This document shows positions 28,132-36,410 of a stretch of 36,410 bases of DNA, piece by piece. Location of the stretch: positions 1-36,410 of the forward strand of contig CAXXSM010000001.1 in the NCBI GenBank assembly GCA_963663405.2, given 5' to 3'. The translations under genes and the position numbers were made by a program. Within the stretch, counting starts at the first letter, position 1. Each line of letters begins with the position of its first letter. A model generated the notes under the pieces. The model did no database searches. It had not been told where the DNA came from and saw only the letters and a list, made by a program, of their open reading frames with translations. Origin of the DNA: a bacterium. Its GTDB lineage: Bacteria > Hinthialibacterota > Hinthialibacteria > Hinthialibacterales > Hinthialibacteraceae.

Positions 28132-30170
28132 TGTCGCCGCAAAGCGAAAATGTCAGGGTCTAACTGCAAAGCGAAAATGTCACCCTCCCATGACAAATAA
28201 TGCCGATAACGGAACTCAAAAAAGGAAGTTTCCGAAATGGCAAACGAGGTGACATTGAGCATGAATGAAGCAAAGAAACTTGGAATCATCAAAGAAACTT
28301 TGGCAGGACGCATGACTGCGAAAATGGCGGCAGAAATTCTTCACTTAAGTGAGCGTCAAATTTATCGCTTACGCAAGAATATTTTACTGCACGGAGATGC
28401 CAGAATTGTTCACGGCAATAGATGCCGTACTCCTCTCAATGCGTTTTCTCGTGGGCAAAAAGACTGCATTATTACTTTGTACAAAGAACAGTACAAATCT
28501 TATAATTTCACTCATTTTGCTGAAACGTTGGAGAAAGAACACAAGATTAAGATCAGCCGAGAAACCGTGCGCGGATGGCTGCGCAGTGAGAAGTTAGGAG
28601 GCAAGATCCGAAAAAGTAACAAACATCGCAAACGTCGTCTTAGAAAAGCGAGTGAAGGAGAAATGCTTTTTCTCGATGGCAGCCCTCATCATTGGTTTGG
28701 AAGGGAGCACTCCCCCTGCACTCTCCTCTTGACCTGTGACGATGCCACGGGGAAACCTCTTATGGGTTTATTTCGGGAACAGGAAGATAGAGATGGCTGC
28801 TTTCTTCTCCTGGGCCAACTCTTTAAGCGATACGGACTCCCACAGATTTTCTATCTCGATCGGGCCTCTCAATTCAAAACCACGCGACACAACAGGTTGG
28901 CTTCGGCTCATGTCACTGACCCCACCCAATTCCAACGGGCCATGGAAGAACTGAGCATCCAATTAATCTTCTCCAAAAGTCCTCAGGCTCGGGGACGTAT
29001 CGAGCGAATGAATGGGACATTTCAGAACCGTCTCGTGGCGGAACTGGATCATCATGGCATCACGACTCTCCCCGAAGCCAACGGCTACCTCAATAGGCAT
29101 TTCATCCCCGACATCGCACAAAAATTTGGAGTCCCTCCACGTGATCCGAGCCCCGTCTGGCGGGCTCTTCCTCCAAGAATGGATCTTTTCGATATTCTTT
29201 GCGTGAAAGTCAAACGGACCGTCAGCAACGATAATACCATTTCCTACAACAACATTCATTTTCAGCTGTTCCCTGCTCATGGCCGACAGCACTTTGCCAA
29301 AGCCAAGGTCGAAGTCCGCCACCGACCGGATGGCAGTATCCGAATTTTTCATTCCACTTTAGGAAAAATCCCTGCCCGTCGAATTTCTTGTTAAAGGCCG
29401 TCTTGATGGGCTTGCTTTTTGGACAGGGGATCAGAACCCAGATGGAAAATATTTATATGGAACTTTTCGATTGTCCAATGAAAAAGCAAACTAAACGCAG
29501 GTTTGAAGCAGAAGTGAAAGCGGTCATTTTTCAGTGATATGGTGAGACAAAGAAGCGATCAAAAGAGTTGGCCAATATAACGAGGAGTATACCAGCAAGC
29601 GGTGATTTCTTATGTGATGACTTATGATGCCTACAGAGCCCTTTAGGATCAATCGCTCATCAAAACGATGAGTGGGCGTAGTAGGCGGCTCCTTCTGCGT
29701 CCCCCTAAAACAATTCATCGGATTGATAGATTCCTGATGCCTAAACCCACGCCTGGCCGAAGGACAGTTTAAGGCGTCACAAGAGTATCTTTTTCTTGAA
29801 ACACTTCTCAGCAAAGACGGCTCACTAATTTCGGCATGGAGCCGTCTAAAATTGCTTGACACGTTTTGTAAATGAACTAACAAAATTGACTTTAGGTAAT
29901 GAGGTTAATGTTTAACAGAAAAAATAGTGTTACCTTGCATTTTGCTGCCATAAGATCATTGGTCATAAGTTAATATTTTTTTACTTAACACTCTGTTATG
30001 ATTGAGATATTCTCTTGAAAATATTTATGTGATAAGTAAGCAAAAAAAAAAATCCATTTACACACTTTATTCTTTTCGTGTTTTATGGCATTCTAGTATC
30101 GAAGTAAAATCGTGGAGAGGGTGACATTTTCCCTCTGCAAATAACATGACATTTTCCCTCTGCGCCGACA
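28132..30170 (+). mobile_element. IS1202-family (ISNCY/IS481-related) element, 2039 bp, copy 1
   Basis: TGT...ACA ends, each with two GCA(A/G)AG(C/G)GAAAATGTCA repeats. 16-bp TSD CATCGGCCGTCTTGTC at 28116-28131 and 30171-30186. Confidence 0.9.
28237..29394 (+). CDS. ISNCY/IS1202-family DDE (integrase-core) transposase
   Basis: HTH AAEILHLSERQIYRL, LDGSPHHW, DDATG, YLDRAS, SPQARGRIER. Confidence 0.92.
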   Translation: MANEVTLSMNEAKKLGIIKETLAGRMTAKMAAEILHLSERQIYRLRKNILLHGDARIVHGNRCRTPLNAFSRGQKDCIITLYKEQYKSYNFTHFAETLEKEHKIKISRETVRGWLRSEKLGGKIRKSNKHRKRRLRKASEGEMLFLDGSPHHWFGREHSPCTLLLTCDDATGKPLMGLFREQEDRDGCFLLLGQLFKRYGLPQIFYLDRASQFKTTRHNRLASAHVTDPTQFQRAMEELSIQLIFSKSPQARGRIERMNGTFQNRLVAELDHHGITTLPEANGYLNRHFIPDIAQKFGVPPRDPSPVWRALPPRMDLFDILCVKVKRTVSNDNTISYNNIHFQLFPAHGRQHFAKAKVEVRHRPDGSIRIFHSTLGKIPARRISC

Positions 30171-31768
30171 CATCGGCCGTCTTGTCCTGGCATGTTTCCA
30201 TCAACTGCGCTTGATAGCCTTGCCCTTTATGACCGCTATACCCCGCGTCCTCATCCGATGGATTCTGCAGACTGTCGGACGGAACCTCCTTGGGATTTTT
30301 CACTTCCACCTTCGCGTCTTCCCCTTCGCCGCTGACATGACATTGTTCGTCAAGCACACGCTGTAATAGGCGGAAAACTGCCATTCCCCGGATCTTGCGA
30401 TGCAGGCGAAAGATCTCCACCAAGACCAGTAAATCCTCGGCGGCTTGCTGCAGAGCGGCTTGGGCTTCCGACGGTTTGACCTGCCCAAAATACCCGCTTG
30501 TCTTACCCAGATACCGATCGATCAGTTCGCTGTCCACTCTCTTGGTTAACAGAGTCTTGTGTTCTTTGCTCATCACATTCAAAAATTTTCGAATCGTTTT
30601 GAGAAACAATTCCAACCGGCTTAAGCGCCGCATGTCGGATCGAATGTGCGTGGAATCCAAGCGCTGTTTTTTCGTCGGGATATTCAGTTTGGTCAGCAGT
30701 TCATCGGTCAACAACCGGAAGAGGATCGTATCGATTTTCAACTCCGTCGCAAGCGAACGATAAGTACGCAACGTGCGCTCACACAGATATTTGGACTCAT
30801 CGTCTTCCAGACGGATGTTCAACGCATAATGCCATTCGGTGTTAAAAGCAAACTGGTGGACCGTCTCTTGATCGGTCAGGTCGAACAGCTGTTGCAAGAT
30901 AAGCACACCAAGAACCGTCCGGATTTCTTTGGTCGGCCGCCCCATGTGGGTATGGAAACTGGATTGGATCTCTTCGACGGGGAGTTGATCAATTATGTTG
31001 GACTGGAAAAAACCGGCCCAACCTGAGTTCAGAAGTTCTTTCCGCTTGGGCCCGAGGTAGTCAAAGGGATCGATCAAAGAGCCTTGCTGATTGTCATCAA
31101 TTCGGAACATCTCTCAACCTTACACATTGAATTTACATAATTTAAGTATACACTTTTTTGGTAGTTTTTTCAAGAATTATTAGTCAGTTTTAACCATTTT
31201 TACATACTTTTTCTGCAGACTTTTTGCCGCGGCGTCATCTTTGTTTCACCGAGGAATCCAGAGCAACCACGAAAAAAGATATGGAATCGTTGGAAAGCGC
31301 TTTTGAAAGCTAGTAAGATTGATAACTTCCGCTTCCATGATGCGCGCCATTGGTGTGCATCAAATTTGTTACGAAATGGCGCCGATCTCGCGGTGGTGAA
31401 GGAGATTCTTGGACATACGACAATTGTGACTACCAGCCGATATTTAAATGTTCTTCAGGAGGAGAAGAAGGTTGCATTGCGTAATTTGGAGAATAATGTA
31501 GGATAGAATTATCGTAATGACTGTGGATAGACTATATGAATTCGATGCCATTCTATTGTGTCGACAAACGCACTATCTGGATCTGTTCGATCTCCCCTTG
31601 GAAAACGGCGAGGAAGTCACATCAACGCATCGTTTTCATCGGCGCTAAAAAAACTGTGTTTGGCGTGGATTGCACGCTAATGTTAATGTACAATCCTAAC
31701 TTAGTCCAGTAACAAGAACATACATTTCAGACTGGAACCGATAAGCTCAAACAGGAGATTTTCAATCT

Positions 31769-31854
31769 ATGGGATTCCCACACCTAGATGAGCACGGTCG
31801 TATTGAAAGAAGAATTGATCGATCTAAAAGAGATTCCTATGATTTAGAAATAAG
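31769..31854 (+). pseudogene. 5' fragment of an unknown gene truncated by IS1-like copy 3
   Basis: AGGAG RBS then MGFPHLDEHGRIERRIDRSKRDSYDLEI, which runs into the IS end at 31855. Confidence 0.45.
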
Positions 31855-32469
31855 GGTAGTGTTTCATATGAACAGCAAGTCAAAAATTGGTGAATCCCAG
31901 GAGTTCCCCCATGCTCCAGACGTGATCAGTCAGGTTCGCGGCCATGAAGGGAGTCGTGGATTTTCCATTCCGCTTGGTCAATGTTCCGTGTGGTTTACAT
32001 AAGTGGTAATTGACAAGGGTCAACGCGAGTTAATGGCGATGATTTTCCATAGATTTGAAGAATCGGAGCGATTTGCGTACGCAACGTGAATCCATGTGAC
32101 GAATGATCCCGTTTTTACTCTCGACGTAGGATGTGTTGATTTTACGGCTGACTTTGGACGCCGCCAAAATCGTTTCCACTCTTGCCGGATCGCCAAAAAT
32201 CACTTTTCGTGTGACTTCAACCACTTTGTATTGTTTGTAGCGTTTCACGACGTGAACGTACACCAGATCGTTCGGGGGAACGAGTCGAGGATGCGAAGGT
32301 CTTCCCGGTCCCGGTTTCCGGCATGGCTGAACCCATGTTTCATAGACTTGAAGCAACGCATTGGCATAGTGATCCAGTTGATCGGAGGAGAACAGATCGG
32401 GCATGGATATGGTGACTCGTTTCCCCTCTTCAACCAGGGCGACGGCGGAAGGCAACGTTCGTTTACCCA
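31855..32469 (-). mobile_element. Degenerate IS1-like copy 3 (3' part), interrupted by IS1202-like copy 2
   Basis: Starts GGTAGTGTTTCATATG and is colinear with 2782-3396, with more substitutions and a premature stop at 32030-32032. The rest should lie beyond the window. Confidence 0.88.
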
Positions 32470-32574
32470 TGTCGCCGCAAAGCGAAAATGTCAGGGTCTA
32501 ACTGCAAAGCGAAAATGTCACCCTCCCATGACAAATAATGCCGATAACGGAACTCAAAAAAGGAAGTTTCCGAA

Positions 32575-33732
32575 ATGGCAAACGAGGTGACATTGAGCAT
32601 GAATGAAGCAAAGAAACTTGGAATCATCAAAGAAACTTTGGCAGGACGCATGACTGCGAAAATGGCGGCAGAAATTCTTCACTTAAGTGAGCGTCAAATT
32701 TATCGCTTACGCAAGAATATTTTACTGCACGGAGATGCCAGAATTGTTCACGGCAATAGATGCCGTACTCCTCTCAATGCGTTTTCTCGTGGGCAAAAAG
32801 ACTGCATTATTACTTTGTACAAAGAACAGTACAAATCTTATAATTTCACTCATTTTGCTGAAACGTTGGAGAAAGAACACAAGATTAAGATCAGCCGAGA
32901 AACCGTGCGCGGATGGCTGCGCAGTGAGAAGTTAGGAGGCAAGATCCGAAAAAGTAACAAACATCGCAAACGTCGTCTTAGAAAAGCGAGTGAAGGAGAA
33001 ATGCTTTTTCTCGATGGCAGCCCTCATCATTGGTTTGGAAGGGAGCACTCCCCCTGCACTCTCCTCTTGACCTGTGACGATGCCACGGGGAAACCTCTTA
33101 TGGGTTTATTTCGGGAACAGGAAGATAGAGATGGCTGCTTTCTTCTCCTGGGCCAACTCTTTAAGCGATACGGACTCCCACAGATTTTCTATCTCGATCG
33201 GGCCTCTCAATTCAAAACCACGCGACACAACAGGTTGGCTTCGGCTCATGTCACTGACCCCACCCAATTCCAACGGGCCATGGAAGAACTGAGCATCCAA
33301 TTAATCTTCTCCAAAAGTCCTCAGGCTCGGGGACGTATCGAGCGAATGAATGGGACATTTCAGAACCGTCTCGTGGCGGAACTGGATCATCATGGCATCA
33401 CGACTCTCCCCGAAGCCAACGGCTACCTCAATAGGCATTTCATCCCCGACATCGCACAAAAATTTGGAGTCCCTCCACGTGATCCGAGCCCCGTCTGGCG
33501 GGCTCTTCCTCCAAGAATGGATCTTTTCGATATTCTTTGCGTGAAAGTCAAACGGACCGTCAGCAACGATAATACCATTTCCTACAACAACATTCATTTT
33601 CAGCTGTTCCCTGCTCATGGCCGACAGCACTTTGCCAAAGCCAAGGTCGAAGTCCGCCACCGACCGGATGGCAGTATCCGAATTTTTCATTCCACTTTAG
33701 GAAAAATCCCTGCCCGTCGAATTTCTTGTTAA
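32575..33732 (+). CDS. ISNCY/IS1202-family transposase, copy 2
   Basis: Protein is identical to 28237-29394. Confidence 0.92.
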   Translation: MANEVTLSMNEAKKLGIIKETLAGRMTAKMAAEILHLSERQIYRLRKNILLHGDARIVHGNRCRTPLNAFSRGQKDCIITLYKEQYKSYNFTHFAETLEKEHKIKISRETVRGWLRSEKLGGKIRKSNKHRKRRLRKASEGEMLFLDGSPHHWFGREHSPCTLLLTCDDATGKPLMGLFREQEDRDGCFLLLGQLFKRYGLPQIFYLDRASQFKTTRHNRLASAHVTDPTQFQRAMEELSIQLIFSKSPQARGRIERMNGTFQNRLVAELDHHGITTLPEANGYLNRHFIPDIAQKFGVPPRDPSPVWRALPPRMDLFDILCVKVKRTVSNDNTISYNNIHFQLFPAHGRQHFAKAKVEVRHRPDGSIRIFHSTLGKIPARRISC

Positions 33733-33768
33733 AGGCCGTCTTGGGTAGTGGTCCATATTAACTGCAAG

Positions 33769-34929
33769 TCAAAAATTGGTGAATCTCAGGAGTTCCCCCA
33801 TGCTCCAGACGTGATCAGTCAGGTTCGCGGCCATGAAGGGAGTCGTGGATTTTCCATGCCGCTTGGTCAATGTTCCGTGTGGTTTACACAAGTGGTAATA
33901 GGCAAGGGTCAACGCGAGTTGATGGTGGTGATTTTCCATGGATTTGGAGAATCGGAGCGATTTGCGTACGCAACGTGAGTCCATGTGACGAATGGTCCCA
34001 TTATTTCTTTCGACGTAGGATGTGTTGATTTTCCGGCTGACTTTGGATGCCGCCAAAATCGTTTCCACTCTTGCTGGATCACCAAAAATCACTTTTCGTG
34101 TGACTTCAACCACTTTGTATTGTTTGTAGCGTTTCACGACGTGAACGTATACCAGATCATTCGGGGGAACGAGTCGAGGATGCGGGGGTCTTCCCGGTCC
34201 CGGTTTCCGGCATGGCTGAACCCATGTTCCATAGACTTGAAGCAACGCATTGGCATAATGATCTAGTTGATCGGAGGAGAACAGATCGGGCATGGATACG
34301 GTGACTCGTTTCACCTCTTCAACCAGGGCGACGGCGGAAGGCAACGTTCGTTTCCCAATGACATGCGCGAGAACGACCTTGTTGACAGCATCGAATGCAA
34401 TCCAAATCCAGGCGTCGCCTAACACACGCTGAAGTTTCTCGAACGGCTCCAGGTTTTTCTCCTTCTTCCCGACGAAAGACCACATTTCATCCAGCTGACA
34501 TTCAGAGACGTCCGCCTTCACGAGGAGAGCGCGGTTGACCTTGGCAGCATGCGCCCCGGCTTTCGCCAACACCATGAGAACGGTTTTCTTGTTCACGTTT
34601 TGAATGCGCGCCGTGGGCGAGATCCCCACCCCTTCCGCAAGGGATCGGGCAATGGTGGCAAACCGTTCTTCCGAGAGACGCGTATGATGCAACGCGGTGT
34701 TTTTCCGTGGAGACGTTCGGGATGGGGAGGCCCTCAAAAAAATTCGTTCGGGATCAAGGAATAGACCAGCTACGCCATGGATGGTCAGGGTTTTCCGGAG
34801 ACGCTTGTCTATCCGATACCGTTGGTTAAGGGCGGCCTTGCGCGCTTTCTCATAGAGTCCCTGGGCCTGATCCTCGTCTTCAAAGAACACCCGGTGAGGA
34901 CTGTCTCCCGCGTTCACTTCCAAGGCCAA
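33769..34929 (-). CDS. IS1-family DDE transposase, copy 2
   Basis: 386 aa, about 9 substitutions relative to 2807-3967. Confidence 0.88.
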   Translation of the reverse strand: MALEVNAGDSPHRVFFEDEDQAQGLYEKARKAALNQRYRIDKRLRKTLTIHGVAGLFLDPERIFLRASPSRTSPRKNTALHHTRLSEERFATIARSLAEGVGISPTARIQNVNKKTVLMVLAKAGAHAAKVNRALLVKADVSECQLDEMWSFVGKKEKNLEPFEKLQRVLGDAWIWIAFDAVNKVVLAHVIGKRTLPSAVALVEEVKRVTVSMPDLFSSDQLDHYANALLQVYGTWVQPCRKPGPGRPPHPRLVPPNDLVYVHVVKRYKQYKVVEVTRKVIFGDPARVETILAASKVSRKINTSYVERNNGTIRHMDSRCVRKSLRFSKSMENHHHQLALTLAYYHLCKPHGTLTKRHGKSTTPFMAANLTDHVWSMGELLRFTNF

Positions 34930-34931
34930 TG

Positions 34932-35393
34932 TCAGCGGAGCCCTTTTTTACTCAGACCCGTCTTTTCCACAATCCGTTCGACGGTCCGGCGTGAACAATC
35001 CACTTTATAGAGGCGTAAGATTTCTTGCCGCAAGTTCTCTCCCGACAAGTGAGGTTGTTCGAGTTTCCGGTGAATGATGAAGTTGACAATCTCTTGGTTG
35101 AGAGCGAGGAGGGGGCGGCGGCCCATGGAGGAGCCAAGCAAAGCCACGTAGCCCCGCTGCATGAACATCCGTTCGAGCCGGTAGAAATACTCCCTGGAGA
35201 ACCCAAAGAGGCGGCAGGCTTCAGCGACAGACATCGTGTCACTTCGAGCCGCGCGAAGCATCTCATATCGAACCTGGGGCAGGTCGAAGGGATCGAAGAA
35301 ATCTAGAGTTTGGAACAGGGGGGAAGAGATTCGCTCCGGCTTTGGATTTAAGAGGCCTTCTTTTGCGAGGAACTGCGATTTCGTTTCGTTCAT
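34932..35393 (-). CDS. HTH accessory protein of the IS1-like element, copy 2
   Basis: Identical 153 aa to 3970-4431. Confidence 0.82.
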   Translation of the reverse strand: MNETKSQFLAKEGLLNPKPERISSPLFQTLDFFDPFDLPQVRYEMLRAARSDTMSVAEACRLFGFSREYFYRLERMFMQRGYVALLGSSMGRRPLLALNQEIVNFIIHRKLEQPHLSGENLRQEILRLYKVDCSRRTVERIVEKTGLSKKGLR

Positions 35394-35428
35394 CGGTTCA
35401 CTCCCGTGGGCGAATTCAAGTACACAGA

Positions 35429-35457
35429 ATTATACTCCCGAAGGCGCAAAGTGTCAA
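35429..35457 (-). promoter_or_regulatory. Perfect-consensus sigma70 promoter, IS1-like copy 2
   Basis: TTGACA (35457-35452), 17 bp, TATAAT (35434-35429); the spacer differs from copy 1 but the hexamers are kept. Confidence 0.8.
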
Positions 35458-36410
35458 CCATATATGACGTTTTATTGGTGATATATTCTTATTTTTATTG
35501 ATGATCGACATATATACGATTCCAATACGTCATATATAGTTGACATGTCAATGAACAAAAATAAGAGGCACATTACCCGTAACCTCTTGATATGATTGAT
35601 TTTGGATGGTTCTATGACGAAGAGACAATTATGAGGAAAGGCTGCAACTAATCTACACTACTACCCCGTCTTGATGGGCTTGCTTTTTGGACAGGGGATC
35701 AGAACCCAGATGGAAAATATTTATATGGAACTTTTCGATTGTCCAATGAAAAAGCAAACTAAACGCAGGTTTGAAGCAGAAGTGAAAGCGGTCATTTTTC
35801 AGTGATATGGTGAGACAAAGAAGCGATCAAAAGAGTTGGCCAATATAACGAGGAGTATACCAGCAAGCGGTGATTTCTTATGTGATGACTTATGATGCCT
35901 ACAGAGCCCTTTAGGATCAATCGCTCATCAAAACGATGAGTGGGCGTAGTAGGCGGCTCCTTCTGCGTCCCCCTAAAACAATTCATCGGATTGATAGATT
36001 CCTGATGCCTAAACCCACGCCTGGCCGAAGGACAGTTTAAGGCGTCACAAGAGTATCTTTTTCTTGAAACACTTCTCAGCAAAGACGGCTCACTAATTTC
36101 GGCATGGAGCCGTCTAAAATTGCTTGACACGTTTTGTAAATGAACTAACAAAATTGACTTTAGGTAATGAGGTTAATGTTTCACAGAAAAAATAGTGTTA
36201 CCTTGCATTTTGCTGCCATAAGATCATTGGTCATAAGTTAATATTTTTTACTTAACACTCTGTTATGATTGAGATATTCTCTTGAAAATATTTATGTGAT
36301 AAGTAAGCAAAAAAAAAATCCATTTACCACACTTTATTCTTTTCGTGTTTTATGGCATTCTAGTATCGAAGTAAAATCGTGGAGAGGGTGACATTTTCCC
36401 TCTGCAAATA

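Larger units (their letters stand above)
27469..31110 (-). pseudogene. IS1182-like transposase (528 aa when rejoined; pieces 30171-31110 and 27469-28115)
   Basis: DUF772-like GRPT..LILQQLFDLTD, RLDSTHI, NPSDEDAGY; C-terminal CPAG..C..C..YRLRSGIEA. The junction METCQDKTAD-DESAAPDLITYV is in frame. Confidence 0.88.
27305..31236 (-). mobile_element. IS1182/IS5-like element carrying a nested IS1202-like element
   Basis: IRs GACGCCCCGGTAAAAAGTCCG / rc GACGCCGCGGCAAAAAGTCTG. TSD ATCTTT (27299-27304, 31237-31242), extendable to CATCTTTG if terminal bases are included. Confidence 0.88.
26456..31506 (+). pseudogene. Tyrosine recombinase/phage integrase, split by IS insertion (pieces 26456-27304 and 31243-31506), plus two N-terminal frameshifts
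   Basis: GGAGGA RBS, arm-binding GTGCLYQRNGFWY, ATINREL, GMRRGEI, KTKNG. Excising the IS restores SEYIF-VSPRNP...FHDARH...LGH...SRY in frame. Confidence 0.9.
33744..35665 (-). mobile_element. IS1-family-like element, 1922 bp, copy 2
   Basis: GGTAGT ends; 8-bp TSD CCGTCTTG at 33736-33743 and 35666-35673. Confidence 0.92.
32470..36410 (+). mobile_element. IS1202-family element copy 2, carrying a nested IS1-like element; last ~27 bp outside window
   Basis: 32470-33743 and 35674-36410 match 28132-29405 and 29406-30143 almost exactly. Confidence 0.92.

Noticed and set aside
29524-29883. 119-aa minus-strand ORF in the IS1202-like tail (also 35792-36151)
   Set aside because: TTG start, no RBS and non-protein-like composition. 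Its conservation only reflects identical IS copies.
1-36410. CRISPR array, tRNA/rRNA, reverse transcriptase or DGR
   Set aside because: I saw no regularly spaced repeats, RNA gene signatures or RT motifs. All long repeats are IS copies.

Overview
Accessory, IS-riddled bacterial genomic island. The left ~20 kb is one co-oriented minus-strand gene cluster behind a near-consensus sigma70 promoter (20008-19980). It has two parts. The AT-rich part is JAB peptidase, E2/UBC-like protein, E1/ThiF, HerA/FtsK-like ATPase, two helical proteins, a beta-propeller protein and a Ser/Thr pseudokinase-TPR. The higher-GC part is a sigma-like HTH protein, an anti-sigma-like protein, a stand-alone Lon (S16) protease, two further paralogs of the Lon C-terminal domain (one split by an IS1-like element) and a TraD/TrwB-like ATPase. 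That last gene is missing from the ORF track because it runs off the window edge. I do not recognise this gene combination as a described system, and no Ubl, CD-NTase or NurA partner is visible. A frameshifted XRE-HTH gene is transcribed divergently. The right ~14 kb holds an IS66, an AbrB/serine-recombinase/HU module and a tyrosine integrase. It also has two nested IS stacks: integrase > IS1182-like > IS1202-like, and IS1 > IS1202-like > IS1. Four insertions have exact TSDs. Many frameshifts fall in homopolymers and may be consensus errors. All protein family calls are from motif recognition by eye, not database searches.
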